The notes under the pieces were generated by a model. That model ran no database searches, was not told the origin of the DNA, and saw nothing but the letters and a program-made list of their open reading frames with translations. A stretch of DNA of 63,462 nucleotides from positions 1-63,462 of IMG/VR virus record IMGVR_UViG_3300021185_002499. One strand, 5' to 3'. Position numbers and translations under genes: made by a program. Each line of letters begins with the position of its first letter. Positions within the stretch are counted from its first letter, which is position 1. The stretch is from a virus (lineage: Duplodnaviria > Caudoviricetes). Below, one piece after another: positions 9,274 through 17,543 of the stretch.

Positions 9274-10826
9274 TATTGTTCTCTTTTATTAGAAATTATA
9301 CAATCTGCTGACATAATAGTTGTTGCAACGGACACAGCATTCTTTAATGCAGTCTTTGTTACTAATACAGGATCTATAATACCTTCCTTAATTAAATTAC
9401 AAGGATCACCTGTTACAACATTAACACCCCATCCTTTTTTATAATAAGGACCATAGGTTATACCTGCGTTTTTCAATATAATTTTACAAGGAGCTTTAAT
9501 TGCTTCAAATAAAATATTATAACCAACCTTAGAGTCGGTGGCTATTTCTGATGCTGCATGATGTAATGCCATACCAGCTCCAGGAACAATACCTTCTTTT
9601 AATGCTGCTTTAACAGCATAAATAGCATCCTCAACTCTATCCTTCTTTTCTTTTAATTCTATTTTAGAATCAGCCCCTACGTATAACATTCCAACCGATC
9701 CTGATAACATAGCTTTTCTTTCCTCAAGTTTTTTAAGTAAGTAAGGATTCTTTTCATCCTTAAGCTGACCTTGAATAAGATCTAATCTTCCTTTTACTTC
9801 TTCAGAAATTTCCTCTATTGTTATAACAGTGTTCTGATCATCTGTAACAGCCTTTAAAGCTTCACCTAATACTGATTCATCAATAAGATCTAAATCATCC
9901 CCTAGTTCTTCTGAAATAACTTTTGCACCTGTTAAAGCAGCTAAGTCATCAAGCATTTCTTTTCTTAAGTTTGAAAAACCTGGAGGATCAATTACATTAA
10001 CTCTAATGTTATTGTTTACCTTATTCATTACTAAAGCTGATAAAACTTGAGGAGATACACTACCTATAATAAGTATAGCTCTCTTGTTTTTAATAGCATA
10101 TTCTAAAACAGCTTGTATTTTTCTTATTGTAGAAACTTCTGAGTCCACTAATAATACTAATGGATTCTCAAGTTCTGATTTATTTTTTTCTTTATCAGTT
10201 ATTAAGTGCTGAGACTTTAATCCTGAATCAAATTGAACACCATCAATTACTTCTACATACGTTTCATTAGTGTCTGACTCCTCCATAAGTATAACACCGT
10301 CTTTACCTACTTTATCATAAGCTCCTGCTATTAATTCTCCAAGAGTGCTATCGTTGTTTGTAGAGATGTTTGCCACATGCTCCAACATAGAATCTTTTAC
10401 AGGAGTTGATGAACTTTCTAAATAGGTTACAACTTTTTTGCTTGCTTCCAGTATTTCAGCTTTCACACGCCTTAAGTCTTTTGGAGCCTCTTTAACGTAT
10501 TGCTGTAAAATGGAGTGGGCGAGAACGGTAGATGTGGTCGTACCGTCACCCGCTTCCTTCACTGTTTTTTGTGCTGCCTCTTTAATGAGGGTTGCGCCTA
10601 TGTTCTCAACTGGATCCATAAGAACCACACTATTAGCAACAGTCACTCCGTCTTTTGTTACGATAGGTTTTCCTAAAGCGTCTTCATAAATAACACATTT
10701 ACCGGACGCTCCTAAAGTTGATGAAACTGCTTCTGCTAGTTTGTCAACCCCTACCATTATTTGTTTTTGAGCAGGATCGCCAAAAGATAAATCTTTGACA
10801 ATCTCACTAGGATGATTAAATTCCAT
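9273..10826 (-). CDS. groEL: Chaperonin GroEL (phage-type, no GGM tail)
   Basis: VTKDGVTVA, AGDGTTT, EKKDRVEDA, EGIVPGAG and GIIDP motifs. Confidence 0.95.
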   Translation of the reverse strand: MEFNHPSEIVKDLSFGDPAQKQIMVGVDKLAEAVSSTLGASGKCVIYEDALGKPIVTKDGVTVANSVVLMDPVENIGATLIKEAAQKTVKEAGDGTTTSTVLAHSILQQYVKEAPKDLRRVKAEILEASKKVVTYLESSSTPVKDSMLEHVANISTNNDSTLGELIAGAYDKVGKDGVILMEESDTNETYVEVIDGVQFDSGLKSQHLITDKEKNKSELENPLVLLVDSEVSTIRKIQAVLEYAIKNKRAILIIGSVSPQVLSALVMNKVNNNIRVNVIDPPGFSNLRKEMLDDLAALTGAKVISEELGDDLDLIDESVLGEALKAVTDDQNTVITIEEISEEVKGRLDLIQGQLKDEKNPYLLKKLEERKAMLSGSVGMLYVGADSKIELKEKKDRVEDAIYAVKAALKEGIVPGAGMALHHAASEIATDSKVGYNILFEAIKAPCKIILKNAGITYGPYYKKGWGVNVVTGDPCNLIKEGIIDPVLVTKTALKNAVSVATTIMSADCIISNKREQ

Positions 10827-10902
10827 TAAATTAAATTTTAGATTATTTTTAAATGTTTTTTGCTTTTCAGCTATATATTATATTACATTTAATTGTTTTT
10901 TT

Positions 10903-11484
10903 TTATGTTGTTTTTTTCCAATATTGTACAGGTACGCTTGAAGCTCCAACGGTTCCATCATTAATTCCTGAAGAAACAGTCCATCCTCCATAAAATCTAA
11001 TTGCATACTCTCTTCCAATAGCTGTAAACTCTTCAAGAGATATATAAGTGCTAACGGCTGCAGGCTCAAAATACGCAAATGTGCTACTAAAATTACCATC
11101 TCCATTAGTTCCTCCAGTCCCAAGCGTTAATCTAGTGAAATCAGCAGTTGATAAAGTATAGTTTGTAGATGTAGCTACATCGTTAACAGGTGTATCCGTA
11201 AGCCAACTCACTAAGTCTTTCACATAATTCAAAGCTCTCTCTTGACTATTAGCTGCCATACCTGGCCCAAATGATATATAATAATAAGGTGTTCCCACAG
11301 CGGTTAGGCCTGGGCCATTTTGCCACCAATCCTCATAAACGGATAAAGTACCGACAGGCGTATGAGTGTAATTGTATCCAAAAATAGGACCAGTGAACGG
11401 GCTTCCACCACCTTCTCCACCACCTTCTCCACCGCCACCACTAGTTACTCCATATGAACCTGGTAATATACTTGTTGGAAACAT
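10903..11484 (-). CDS. Putative fibre tip / virion protein
   Basis: Short leader then Gly linker (SGGGGEGGGEGGG); coupled to the upstream fibre gene. Confidence 0.45.
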   Translation of the reverse strand: MFPTSILPGSYGVTSGGGGEGGGEGGGSPFTGPIFGYNYTHTPVGTLSVYEDWWQNGPGLTAVGTPYYYISFGPGMAANSQERALNYVKDLVSWLTDTPVNDVATSTNYTLSTADFTRLTLGTGGTNGDGNFSSTFAYFEPAAVSTYISLEEFTAIGREYAIRFYGGWTVSSGINDGTVGASSVPVQYWKKTT

Positions 11485-12920
11485 TAAGCTTGAGATATTG
11501 TGTAAATGTATTCAGAAGCACCAATTGCTGTAATTTGAATATAATTTACTGTTGAACTTGTTTGATCTAAAGTGCCACCTAATTTAGTACCAGTAATTGT
11601 TACTGTACCAGTACCACCTGATCCTGTTACTTTTAGTATTTTTGTTTGACCAATTGTTGTGTTTGAATACGTAATAGTAGTTGCTGTTGCATCACTTGCT
11701 AATGTTATTGGAAATACTGCAGCTGTACTAAAGTCGCTTGTAGCAGTTGTTGTACTAGATGATAATGTAACTGCTGTAGCAACTGTTTTAAATTCGTCTG
11801 AAAGATGTACGAAATCAACCGAGCCGTCCACATATTGATCAGAATCTACTGAATTTACAGCCATTTTAGCATTAGTAATGTTGGCGTCTAGTATTTTTAT
11901 CGTTGTTACGGCGTTTGAAGCTATTTCATCGTCTGTAATTTCATCTAAAGTAGCAATTGCCCCTAAATCTGTTATATCTGCAGCAACATGGTTGTGATCA
12001 CCTAGCGCAACAGTTGAACTTGTAGTTCCTGTGTCTAAAAAAGCGGCAGCCCCAAAGGTATAACTTTGAGTGGAGCCTCCTGATACAACAAAATTCAGTG
12101 TATTTGTTGTTTTAGTTATATTAGATAAGAAATAATTCTGCCCTGTAGGTGTTGACCAAGAAAATGTTCCATCTCCGTCCGATGCAAGCACCTGACCGGA
12201 AGTTCCATTACCAGATATAGCTAATTTTGCGGCAGTTACTTGAGAATCTTTAATTTTTGACGTTATTACAGCGTCGGTTTTTATTTCTAATGCTGAAACC
12301 TTGTCTAATGTAGCTAAATTACCTACTCCGGTTAGCTCTGAAAGAGAATGTACATGTCCTGCAACTGCAAAATATGACGTTGACTCATATGCTGCTGAAC
12401 CTAGCGTAACTGTTATTGTTGATGTAGGTGCCCCTGTGACACTAAACTCTAAATTATTACCATTTTTAGAAATACCGTCTAAATAAAAGTTAGTGTTTGC
12501 TGTTAATGCAGCGGCCCAAGAAAAACTTCCATCACCATCTGACACTAAATACTCTCCTGCGGATCCATTACCACTTACGTTTAAATAATCTGCAGTTATA
12601 TCATTAGTAGAAAGTATGTCTGATACAGTATGTGTATGTGTTGCTGCGGAAAAAAACGATTCAGCTTTTAAAGCAGCTGTTCCAAAACTTGCTGTTAAGT
12701 CTGATAATCCATTCCTCTCTATAGTAAGTAATCCCGCAGCACTTAAAGTTAATGTTTCAGGATAATTATTTACCGATGCTCCTCCTGATAAGCCATCTTG
12801 AAAAAACGTTCTTAAATTTTCAAGTGTAAATCTTTTTGTTGAATCATCTGAACCAGAACCTAGTAGAAAATCTGAATTTTCAGGTGTTGCGTCTATTGCG
12901 TATTCCTGTATTTGTGCCAT
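11484..12920 (-). CDS. Tail fibre-like protein with internal repeats
   Basis: Two SGNG..G..L.SDGDG.FSW repeats, HxH motifs, AVTT.KI.D repeats. Confidence 0.65.
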   Translation of the reverse strand: MAQIQEYAIDATPENSDFLLGSGSDDSTKRFTLENLRTFFQDGLSGGASVNNYPETLTLSAAGLLTIERNGLSDLTASFGTAALKAESFFSAATHTHTVSDILSTNDITADYLNVSGNGSAGEYLVSDGDGSFSWAAALTANTNFYLDGISKNGNNLEFSVTGAPTSTITVTLGSAAYESTSYFAVAGHVHSLSELTGVGNLATLDKVSALEIKTDAVITSKIKDSQVTAAKLAISGNGTSGQVLASDGDGTFSWSTPTGQNYFLSNITKTTNTLNFVVSGGSTQSYTFGAAAFLDTGTTSSTVALGDHNHVAADITDLGAIATLDEITDDEIASNAVTTIKILDANITNAKMAVNSVDSDQYVDGSVDFVHLSDEFKTVATAVTLSSSTTTATSDFSTAAVFPITLASDATATTITYSNTTIGQTKILKVTGSGGTGTVTITGTKLGGTLDQTSSTVNYIQITAIGASEYIYTISQA

Positions 12921-13156
12921 TATTTAGTGTTGTTTTTCTTTGTGCCTTTTCCAAAGCCTGATCTATTTCTTGCTGCAGATACGAATGACGATGTTGTATG
13001 ATCATAGTCCATACCATCTATATTCTTACCTTCTTTTTTTGCTGCTCTGCGCTTACGTTGGTTTTCAGCCTTCATCGCACGACGCCGAGGGCTCATAGCT
13101 ACGGCCTTATCTCGGACCTTCTTACGACGCCGCGCTTCAGGAGAAAGCTTTTGCAT
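12920..13156 (-). CDS. Small basic protein with a degenerate HNH-like motif
   Basis: GMDYDH..VSAARNR; Arg/Lys-rich. Confidence 0.45.
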   Translation of the reverse strand: MQKLSPEARRRKKVRDKAVAMSPRRRAMKAENQRKRRAAKKEGKNIDGMDYDHTTSSFVSAARNRSGFGKGTKKNNTK

Positions 13157-13713
13157 TACTTTTTCTTTAATGCTTTTACACCTTTCATTTTAGCAGGTGA
13201 TTTGCCTTTATTTTTTGATTTAGCCTTAACAGTTGACTCAACTACAACCTTTGTTCCGTCAGCTAAAGTTCTATATTTAGTTCTACCAGACTTGTCTTTT
13301 GCTGTACCAGCTAATCCAGTTCCAGATCTTTTAGAGCTACCAGCTTCTATTGTAGTTTTAGTACCTATTCTACCTTCACCTTGTCTAGCTGCCATTGTGC
13401 TTTCAGATTTTCTTTCTGAAGTAGTTTTTTTCCCGGCAGAACGAGGTACTACTCTTTTTACAGTCTGCTTAGTTACTTTTTGTGTTGTACCACGACCTCC
13501 TTTTATCTTAACGTCTTTAGATTCAGCTTTGTCTATATCAACATCAACCACGTCAAGTTTCTTTTTTACAGGTGATTTGCCATATGACTTAGCTGGTGAT
13601 GATTCTGGTGCTGCTTTAATAGCATCCTGCAACTGTTGAGGTAAGTTACCCTGTTTACCCGTCAACGCTTTCATTAATGGCGTCTTCGGATTCATTTTAA
13701 ATGGTGATCCCAT
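13156..13713 (-). CDS. Lys-rich basic protein with SPxK motifs; first gene of the left late block
   Basis: SPFK, SPAK, SPVK, SPAK; highly basic. Confidence 0.55.
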   Translation of the reverse strand: MGSPFKMNPKTPLMKALTGKQGNLPQQLQDAIKAAPESSPAKSYGKSPVKKKLDVVDVDIDKAESKDVKIKGGRGTTQKVTKQTVKRVVPRSAGKKTTSERKSESTMAARQGEGRIGTKTTIEAGSSKRSGTGLAGTAKDKSGRTKYRTLADGTKVVVESTVKAKSKNKGKSPAKMKGVKALKKK

Positions 13714-13798
13714 AATTTTGTTTTAAGATTAATCTATTTTTTTTACATGTATCTTTGATAATGTTATTATCACATCATATATATAAGACTTAAAAAAG

Positions 13799-13845
13799 TG
13801 TGACGTTAGCCCCCTATTATATTATCTTAACAGGCTATTGTCGCA
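13799..13845. promoter_or_regulatory. Inverted-repeat site A
   Basis: TGTGACGTTAGC-N23-GCTATTGTCGCA; related copies at 16899 and 20112. Confidence 0.65.
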
Positions 13846-13996
13846 TTACGCTGAAATTGTTATTAGATATATAGAGGTTTTGTATTACACATAACTATTT
13901 GAGAACCAGCCACTTAACTAAAACTCATATTCTAAACCCACCCCCCTACTGATTGGTAATCAAGCACTTAAGCTTTTGCCTTTTTGTTTTTGTTTT

Positions 13997-14029
13997 TTAC
14001 AGAGTAAGCACGAGGTAGTTTGGATAATA
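13997..14029 (+). promoter_or_regulatory. Putative early promoter, copy 1
   Basis: TTACA GAGTA AGCACGA GGTAGTTT GGATAATA. Confidence 0.65.
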
Positions 14030-14074
14030 TGGTTAGGCTTTGACCTTTGTTTTGAGAAATTAATATTTTTATTT

Positions 14075-14107
14075 TTACAGAGTAAACACGAGGGATAATG
14101 GATAATA
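14075..14107 (+). promoter_or_regulatory. Putative early promoter, copy 2
   Basis: TTACA GAGTA AACACGA GGGATAAT GGATAATA; ATG at 14132. Confidence 0.8.
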
Positions 14108-14131
14108 TATATGTAACAAAAAAACAATAAT

Positions 14132-14302
14132 ATGAAAACTTTTATAACTTACAAAATTAATAATGATTTCTTTGAATTAGATTATAATAATTATAAAGAA
14201 GAAGAGAAAGAAATGTTAAACTATATTAAAGAAAATAATATAAAAGAATTTAAAAGATTAGAAAATAATAAAGGTTATAGGTTTAATGTTTTTACAAAGT
14301 AA
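14132..14302 (+). CDS. Early micro-ORF (56 aa)
   Basis: MKTFITYKINNDFF..FNVFTK; stop codon lies inside promoter copy 3. Confidence 0.6.
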   Translation: MKTFITYKINNDFFELDYNNYKEEEKEMLNYIKENNIKEFKRLENNKGYRFNVFTK

Positions 14303-14324
14303 ACACGACCTCAACTGGATAATA
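14292..14324 (+). promoter_or_regulatory. Putative early promoter, copy 3
   Basis: TTACA AAGTA AACACGA CCTCAACT GGATAATA; ATG at 14350. Confidence 0.8.
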
Positions 14325-14349
14325 TATATGAACATTAAAACACACACAC

Positions 14350-14484
14350 ATGAATAAATATCTAATAACACTTGCACTCGAAACATTACTTGAACAGGTA
14401 GTTGACTCAAGAGAAAACTCTAACGATTACAAAGATCGAATAAAAGAAATTGAAGAACAAATAAAAATAGTAAAAAAACTTTAA
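14350..14484 (+). CDS. Early micro-ORF (44 aa)
   Basis: MNKYLITLALETLLEQ..; follows promoter copy 3. Confidence 0.55.
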   Translation: MNKYLITLALETLLEQVVDSRENSNDYKDRIKEIEEQIKIVKKL

Positions 14485-14495
14485 AACATACACGC

Positions 14496-14639
14496 ATGGA
14501 ATTTAATAGACTCGAACTCGAACTACTAAGATATGCAATGGAAGACTTTGCAAACAACGATCAACATACTGAATCAAGTCAATACAAAGCATTTGAAATT
14601 GTAACTAAAATAGATAAAATGATTAACAATATTAAGTAA
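14496..14639 (+). CDS. Early micro-ORF (47 aa)
   Basis: MEFNRLELELLRYAMEDF.. Confidence 0.55.
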   Translation: MEFNRLELELLRYAMEDFANNDQHTESSQYKAFEIVTKIDKMINNIK

Positions 14640-14717
14640 AATAAGTTAATTACACACATACACACACTGAACTACACCTATACCACTAAAAATACTAATA
14701 AATAAAACACATACCTT

Positions 14718-14894
14718 ATGACTAGTGAATTAAGTAAAAGAATAGCTAAACAAAATGCTAAAACTGAAAGACAAATGGGTTTCTATACTCTTGGTATGAA
14801 AAACGTTACACGAGTTACCTTCTCACGTAATGCTCAATGGAACCAAATAGACACAACTAAGGTTTACTATGCTCAAACCAAATTACAAGCTTAA
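14718..14894 (+). CDS. Early micro-ORF (58 aa)
   Basis: MTSELSKRIAKQ..QTKLQA; stop codon lies inside promoter copy 4. Confidence 0.6.
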   Translation: MTSELSKRIAKQNAKTERQMGFYTLGMKNVTRVTFSRNAQWNQIDTTKVYYAQTKLQA

Positions 14895-14915
14895 TACGTG
14901 TTTAAACGGATAATA
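14883..14915 (+). promoter_or_regulatory. Putative early promoter, copy 4
   Basis: TTACA AGCTT AATACGT GTTTAAAC GGATAATA; ATG at 14935. Confidence 0.75.
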
Positions 14916-14934
14916 TAAATGTAAAACAACTAAT

Positions 14935-15108
14935 ATGAAATACAATACTTCACTACATAACTACTTTAATCAACACAAATCACTTGGCAAACTATTCAAT
15001 GATATGAATGACGTAGACGTCGCTATTGATCCTGACCACAACACAAAAATGTACTTAAGAGGTTTGGGTATGAGTGAAGAAAAGATAAACAAAATAATAA
15101 ATAAATAA
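14935..15108 (+). CDS. Early micro-ORF (57 aa)
   Basis: MKYNTSLHNYF.. Confidence 0.55.
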   Translation: MKYNTSLHNYFNQHKSLGKLFNDMNDVDVAIDPDHNTKMYLRGLGMSEEKINKIINK

Positions 15109-15109
15109 T

Positions 15110-15283
15110 ATGTTACAACAACTACACGAAATACATGGCAAACTAGATATGCTACAAGACTTAAAAATACAAGGTCTAGGATTATCACTCGATCAACAAC
15201 AACAACTACTTATCATTCACCAACAATTGCTCGATCAAAAGTTTCAACTAGAAAGACAAATTAAAAAAGAATATATACTATGA
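15110..15283 (+). CDS. Early micro-ORF (57 aa, Q/L-rich helical)
   Basis: MLQQLHEIHGKLDML..; coupled to neighbours. Confidence 0.5.
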   Translation: MLQQLHEIHGKLDMLQDLKIQGLGLSLDQQQQLLIIHQQLLDQKFQLERQIKKEYIL

Positions 15284-15387
15284 TGAATCAATACTACTTA
15301 GAAGAAATGCTTGCTAATACAAGCTACACTGAAGAACAGATAACTGAAATGGAAAACTGGGAAATTGAAATGCACTTAGGATTATGA
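15280..15387 (+). CDS. Early micro-ORF (35 aa, acidic)
   Basis: MMNQYYLEEML..; ATGA overlaps at both ends. Confidence 0.5.
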   Translation: MMNQYYLEEMLANTSYTEEQITEMENWEIEMHLGL

Positions 15388-15530
15388 AAACTAAAGATAA
15401 ATTATACGACTTACGTCAAGCTATTGATGACCTTGTTGCGATCGGTCCAGACTATGCACACTTTATGAATGCACAAATTGCACACAAAAATTTAAAGAAG
15501 ATTAAAAAACTATTAGAATACGTAGGCTAA
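15384..15530 (+). CDS. Early micro-ORF (48 aa)
   Basis: MKTKDKLYDLRQAIDDL.. Confidence 0.55.
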   Translation: MKTKDKLYDLRQAIDDLVAIGPDYAHFMNAQIAHKNLKKIKKLLEYVG

Positions 15531-15543
15531 ATGCTATACACAA

Positions 15544-15576
15544 TTACAAGCCTAACACGAATAATATCGGATAATA
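15544..15576 (+). promoter_or_regulatory. Putative early promoter, copy 5
   Basis: TTACA AGCCT AACACGA ATAATATC GGATAATA; ATG at 15603. Confidence 0.8.
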
Positions 15577-15602
15577 TATATGAACATTAAAACAAAACAA
15601 AT

Positions 15603-15803
15603 ATGAAAACATTTGACAGATACAAACAAAACTTAAAACAAGTCGGTAACGACATCTATTCTTACGATACTGTTGTTGCACAAATAAAAGATAACAAGCT
15701 TCATTTGATGAACTGGCATGTACCCGGCGTTGGATCACACAGCGTTACAACGTCGAAGCATGTTAACTATGTAGCACAGCAACTTAATCTTGAAATAGCA
15801 TGA
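15603..15803 (+). CDS. Early hypothetical protein
   Basis: IYSYDTVVA..SVTTSKHVNY; follows promoter copy 5. Confidence 0.65.
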   Translation: MKTFDRYKQNLKQVGNDIYSYDTVVAQIKDNKLHLMNWHVPGVGSHSVTTSKHVNYVAQQLNLEIA

Positions 15804-16006
15804 AGAAATTAATATTACAAAGACATGACATTTATAGTCATTACTACAAGGATTTTAATGATGGAAAATTTTACGAGGTTAATGCCTTTGACGTTGATCC
15901 AATAAGCAATAGAATTGTAAATAAAGATTTTAAAGATTCAGATTTCAGCAAAAGAAAAGAAATTAAAGATGAATTTAAAAACCCAAAATTTATAGAAACA
16001 ATATAA
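15800..16006 (+). CDS. Early hypothetical protein
   Basis: ATGA-coupled ORF. Confidence 0.55.
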   Translation: MKKLILQRHDIYSHYYKDFNDGKFYEVNAFDVDPISNRIVNKDFKDSDFSKRKEIKDEFKNPKFIETI

Positions 16007-16010
16007 AAGC

Positions 16011-16211
16011 ATGACAAACACATGGATATTTTATGGTAACAACCATAGCGGAATTAAAACAATTCACTACATTAAACAATGTAAACGTCCTGAAGCGACA
16101 AGTGAATACAAAGAAATGATGCACTTATTAGAAAACAATACTTATTACACAACAGGATATATGACTAGTAAAGCATGGAATAAAGAAAACCAATATATAA
16201 AAGTAATATGA
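16011..16211 (+). CDS. Early hypothetical protein
   Basis: ORF in a tightly packed run. Confidence 0.55.
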   Translation: MTNTWIFYGNNHSGIKTIHYIKQCKRPEATSEYKEMMHLLENNTYYTTGYMTSKAWNKENQYIKVI

Positions 16212-16387
16212 ACAAACTAGTACAACAAATAGCAGATGAGTGTATTGATATAATTGATGAACAAATTGACAATACAATCCACTGGGAGTTAGATGTTAAT
16301 GACCTTGAAGGTGATGATCTAAGCAAATTAGAATTAAAAATAAAACAACAAATATTATTTACATTAATTAAAAAAGTAACAAAATGA
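16208..16387 (+). CDS. Early micro-ORF (59 aa, acidic)
   Basis: MNKLVQQIADECIDIIDEQ..; ATGA overlaps at both ends. Confidence 0.55.
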   Translation: MNKLVQQIADECIDIIDEQIDNTIHWELDVNDLEGDDLSKLELKIKQQILFTLIKKVTK

Positions 16388-16704
16388 ACGACATTTACAC
16401 ACAACTAGCACAAATTTTAAACGTATCTAAAATTACTGAAGACTATACAACCACCGCTGATCTACAAATTAGCGAATATATGACTGCTGATAGCTATGAC
16501 GTACACGTTATGACCAACGAACCCATGTCACTAATGTGGGATACTGATGTGTATCAATATCAACCATCATTCAACGACATTATCGATCGCATTAAAGATT
16601 TAGACGAAGATGCTATTGTATATGTAAGCGATTTTGAAACATACTTACCAGAATATGAGGTTGATGATTATCTTGAACAACACGAAGAAGAATTACAAGA
16701 TTAA
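16384..16704 (+). CDS. Highly acidic early protein
   Basis: D/E- and Tyr-rich, 106 aa; stop codon lies inside promoter copy 6. Confidence 0.65.
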   Translation: MNDIYTQLAQILNVSKITEDYTTTADLQISEYMTADSYDVHVMTNEPMSLMWDTDVYQYQPSFNDIIDRIKDLDEDAIVYVSDFETYLPEYEVDDYLEQHEEELQD

Positions 16705-16725
16705 CACGAAGTATAACGGATAATA
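16693..16725 (+). promoter_or_regulatory. Putative early promoter, copy 6
   Basis: TTACA AGATT AACACGA AGTATAAC GGATAATA; ATG at 16752. Confidence 0.8.
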
Positions 16726-16751
16726 CTAACGAACAACAAACACAAAATAAT

Positions 16752-16898
16752 ATGACCTTACGAGACGTAAATATATTAGACAAAATAAATCAACACAAAA
16801 CGCATACAATGCGTGAGAAAACTTTTATTGCTAAAAATAAATATCAAATAAAGTTACCAACTGAAACATTAAATGATTACTTTTACAATAATAAATAA
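16752..16898 (+). CDS. Early micro-ORF (48 aa)
   Basis: MTLRDVNILDKINQH.. Confidence 0.5.
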   Translation: MTLRDVNILDKINQHKTHTMREKTFIAKNKYQIKLPTETLNDYFYNNK

Positions 16899-16936
16899 CA
16901 CGACAATAGCAATTTAAATAACAGGCTAACGTCACA
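16899..16936. promoter_or_regulatory. Inverted-repeat site B (arms match site A in reverse orientation)
   Basis: CACGACAATAGC-N14-GCTAACGTCACA; intergenic. Confidence 0.6.
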
Positions 16937-16950
16937 TAAAACAAATTGAT

Positions 16951-17100
16951 ATGGGCAAACTAACCGTAACATATAAAGGAAAACAAATTGAATACTTAAT
17001 CAATACAGAAGTTGAAGAGCATGTAACTATGAAAGCTATAAATGATATATTAAAATACTTCCCTAAAGATGCACCTGTAGATTTTGTTGAATTATATTAA
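16951..17100 (+). CDS. Early micro-ORF (49 aa)
   Basis: MGKLTVTYKGKQIEY.. Confidence 0.55.
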   Translation: MGKLTVTYKGKQIEYLINTEVEEHVTMKAINDILKYFPKDAPVDFVELY

Positions 17101-17101
17101 A

Positions 17102-17134
17102 CTACAAGATAAACACGAAGCATAACGGATAATA
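17102..17134 (+). promoter_or_regulatory. Putative early promoter, copy 7
   Basis: CTACA AGATA AACACGA AGCATAAC GGATAATA; ATG at 17162. Confidence 0.8.
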
Positions 17135-17161
17135 ATAACGAACAACAAACAATTAAATATT

Positions 17162-17392
17162 ATGAACACACAATTACAAAACTATTTAGACTTACAAAAC
17201 AAAATTGCTCGCATTGAAAAATTAACTAATGCTAGCTGGGATACAAAATATATGCTTGAAAAGTTTGTACCCACTGTATGGAACGACGGCTTTGACGTAC
17301 AAGATATAATTGACTATATAACAGTTAAACTTCACGAGGTAATAACAAAGCTTGAAAACGAAAAACAAATTGAAACAACAAATACAAAATAA
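17162..17392 (+). CDS. Early hypothetical protein
   Basis: Follows promoter copy 7. Confidence 0.6.
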   Translation: MNTQLQNYLDLQNKIARIEKLTNASWDTKYMLEKFVPTVWNDGFDVQDIIDYITVKLHEVITKLENEKQIETTNTK

Positions 17393-17393
17393 T

Positions 17394-17540
17394 ATGGCTG
17401 GTAATAAATTTGACACACAGTTTGCTATACACAAGCCAAAGTTTTATAGCTTAACATTCAAAGATCTATATGACGAAGAACGTACGATGACTGGCACACC
17501 AAGTCAAGTTATAAACTATATACTTAATCAACAATTATAA
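17394..17540 (+). CDS. Early micro-ORF (start moved to ATG 17394)
   Basis: MAGNKFDTQFAIHK.. Confidence 0.5.
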   Translation: MAGNKFDTQFAIHKPKFYSLTFKDLYDEERTMTGTPSQVINYILNQQL

Positions 17541-17543
17541 CAA

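Noticed and set aside
14075-14107. CACG near -25 as a sigma-54 promoter
   Set aside because: Lacks the invariant GG at -24 and GC at -12
14649-14717. CA-rich tract as a microsatellite or functional repeat
   Set aside because: Imperfect and similar to the G-poor, A/C-rich leaders found throughout the early block
13997-17134. Seven-copy repeat as a CRISPR array or integron attC array
   Set aside because: Spacing is irregular (78 to more than 1100 bp), only three short boxes are conserved, the repeat is not palindromic, and no cas or integrase gene is seen. The geometry fits promoters.
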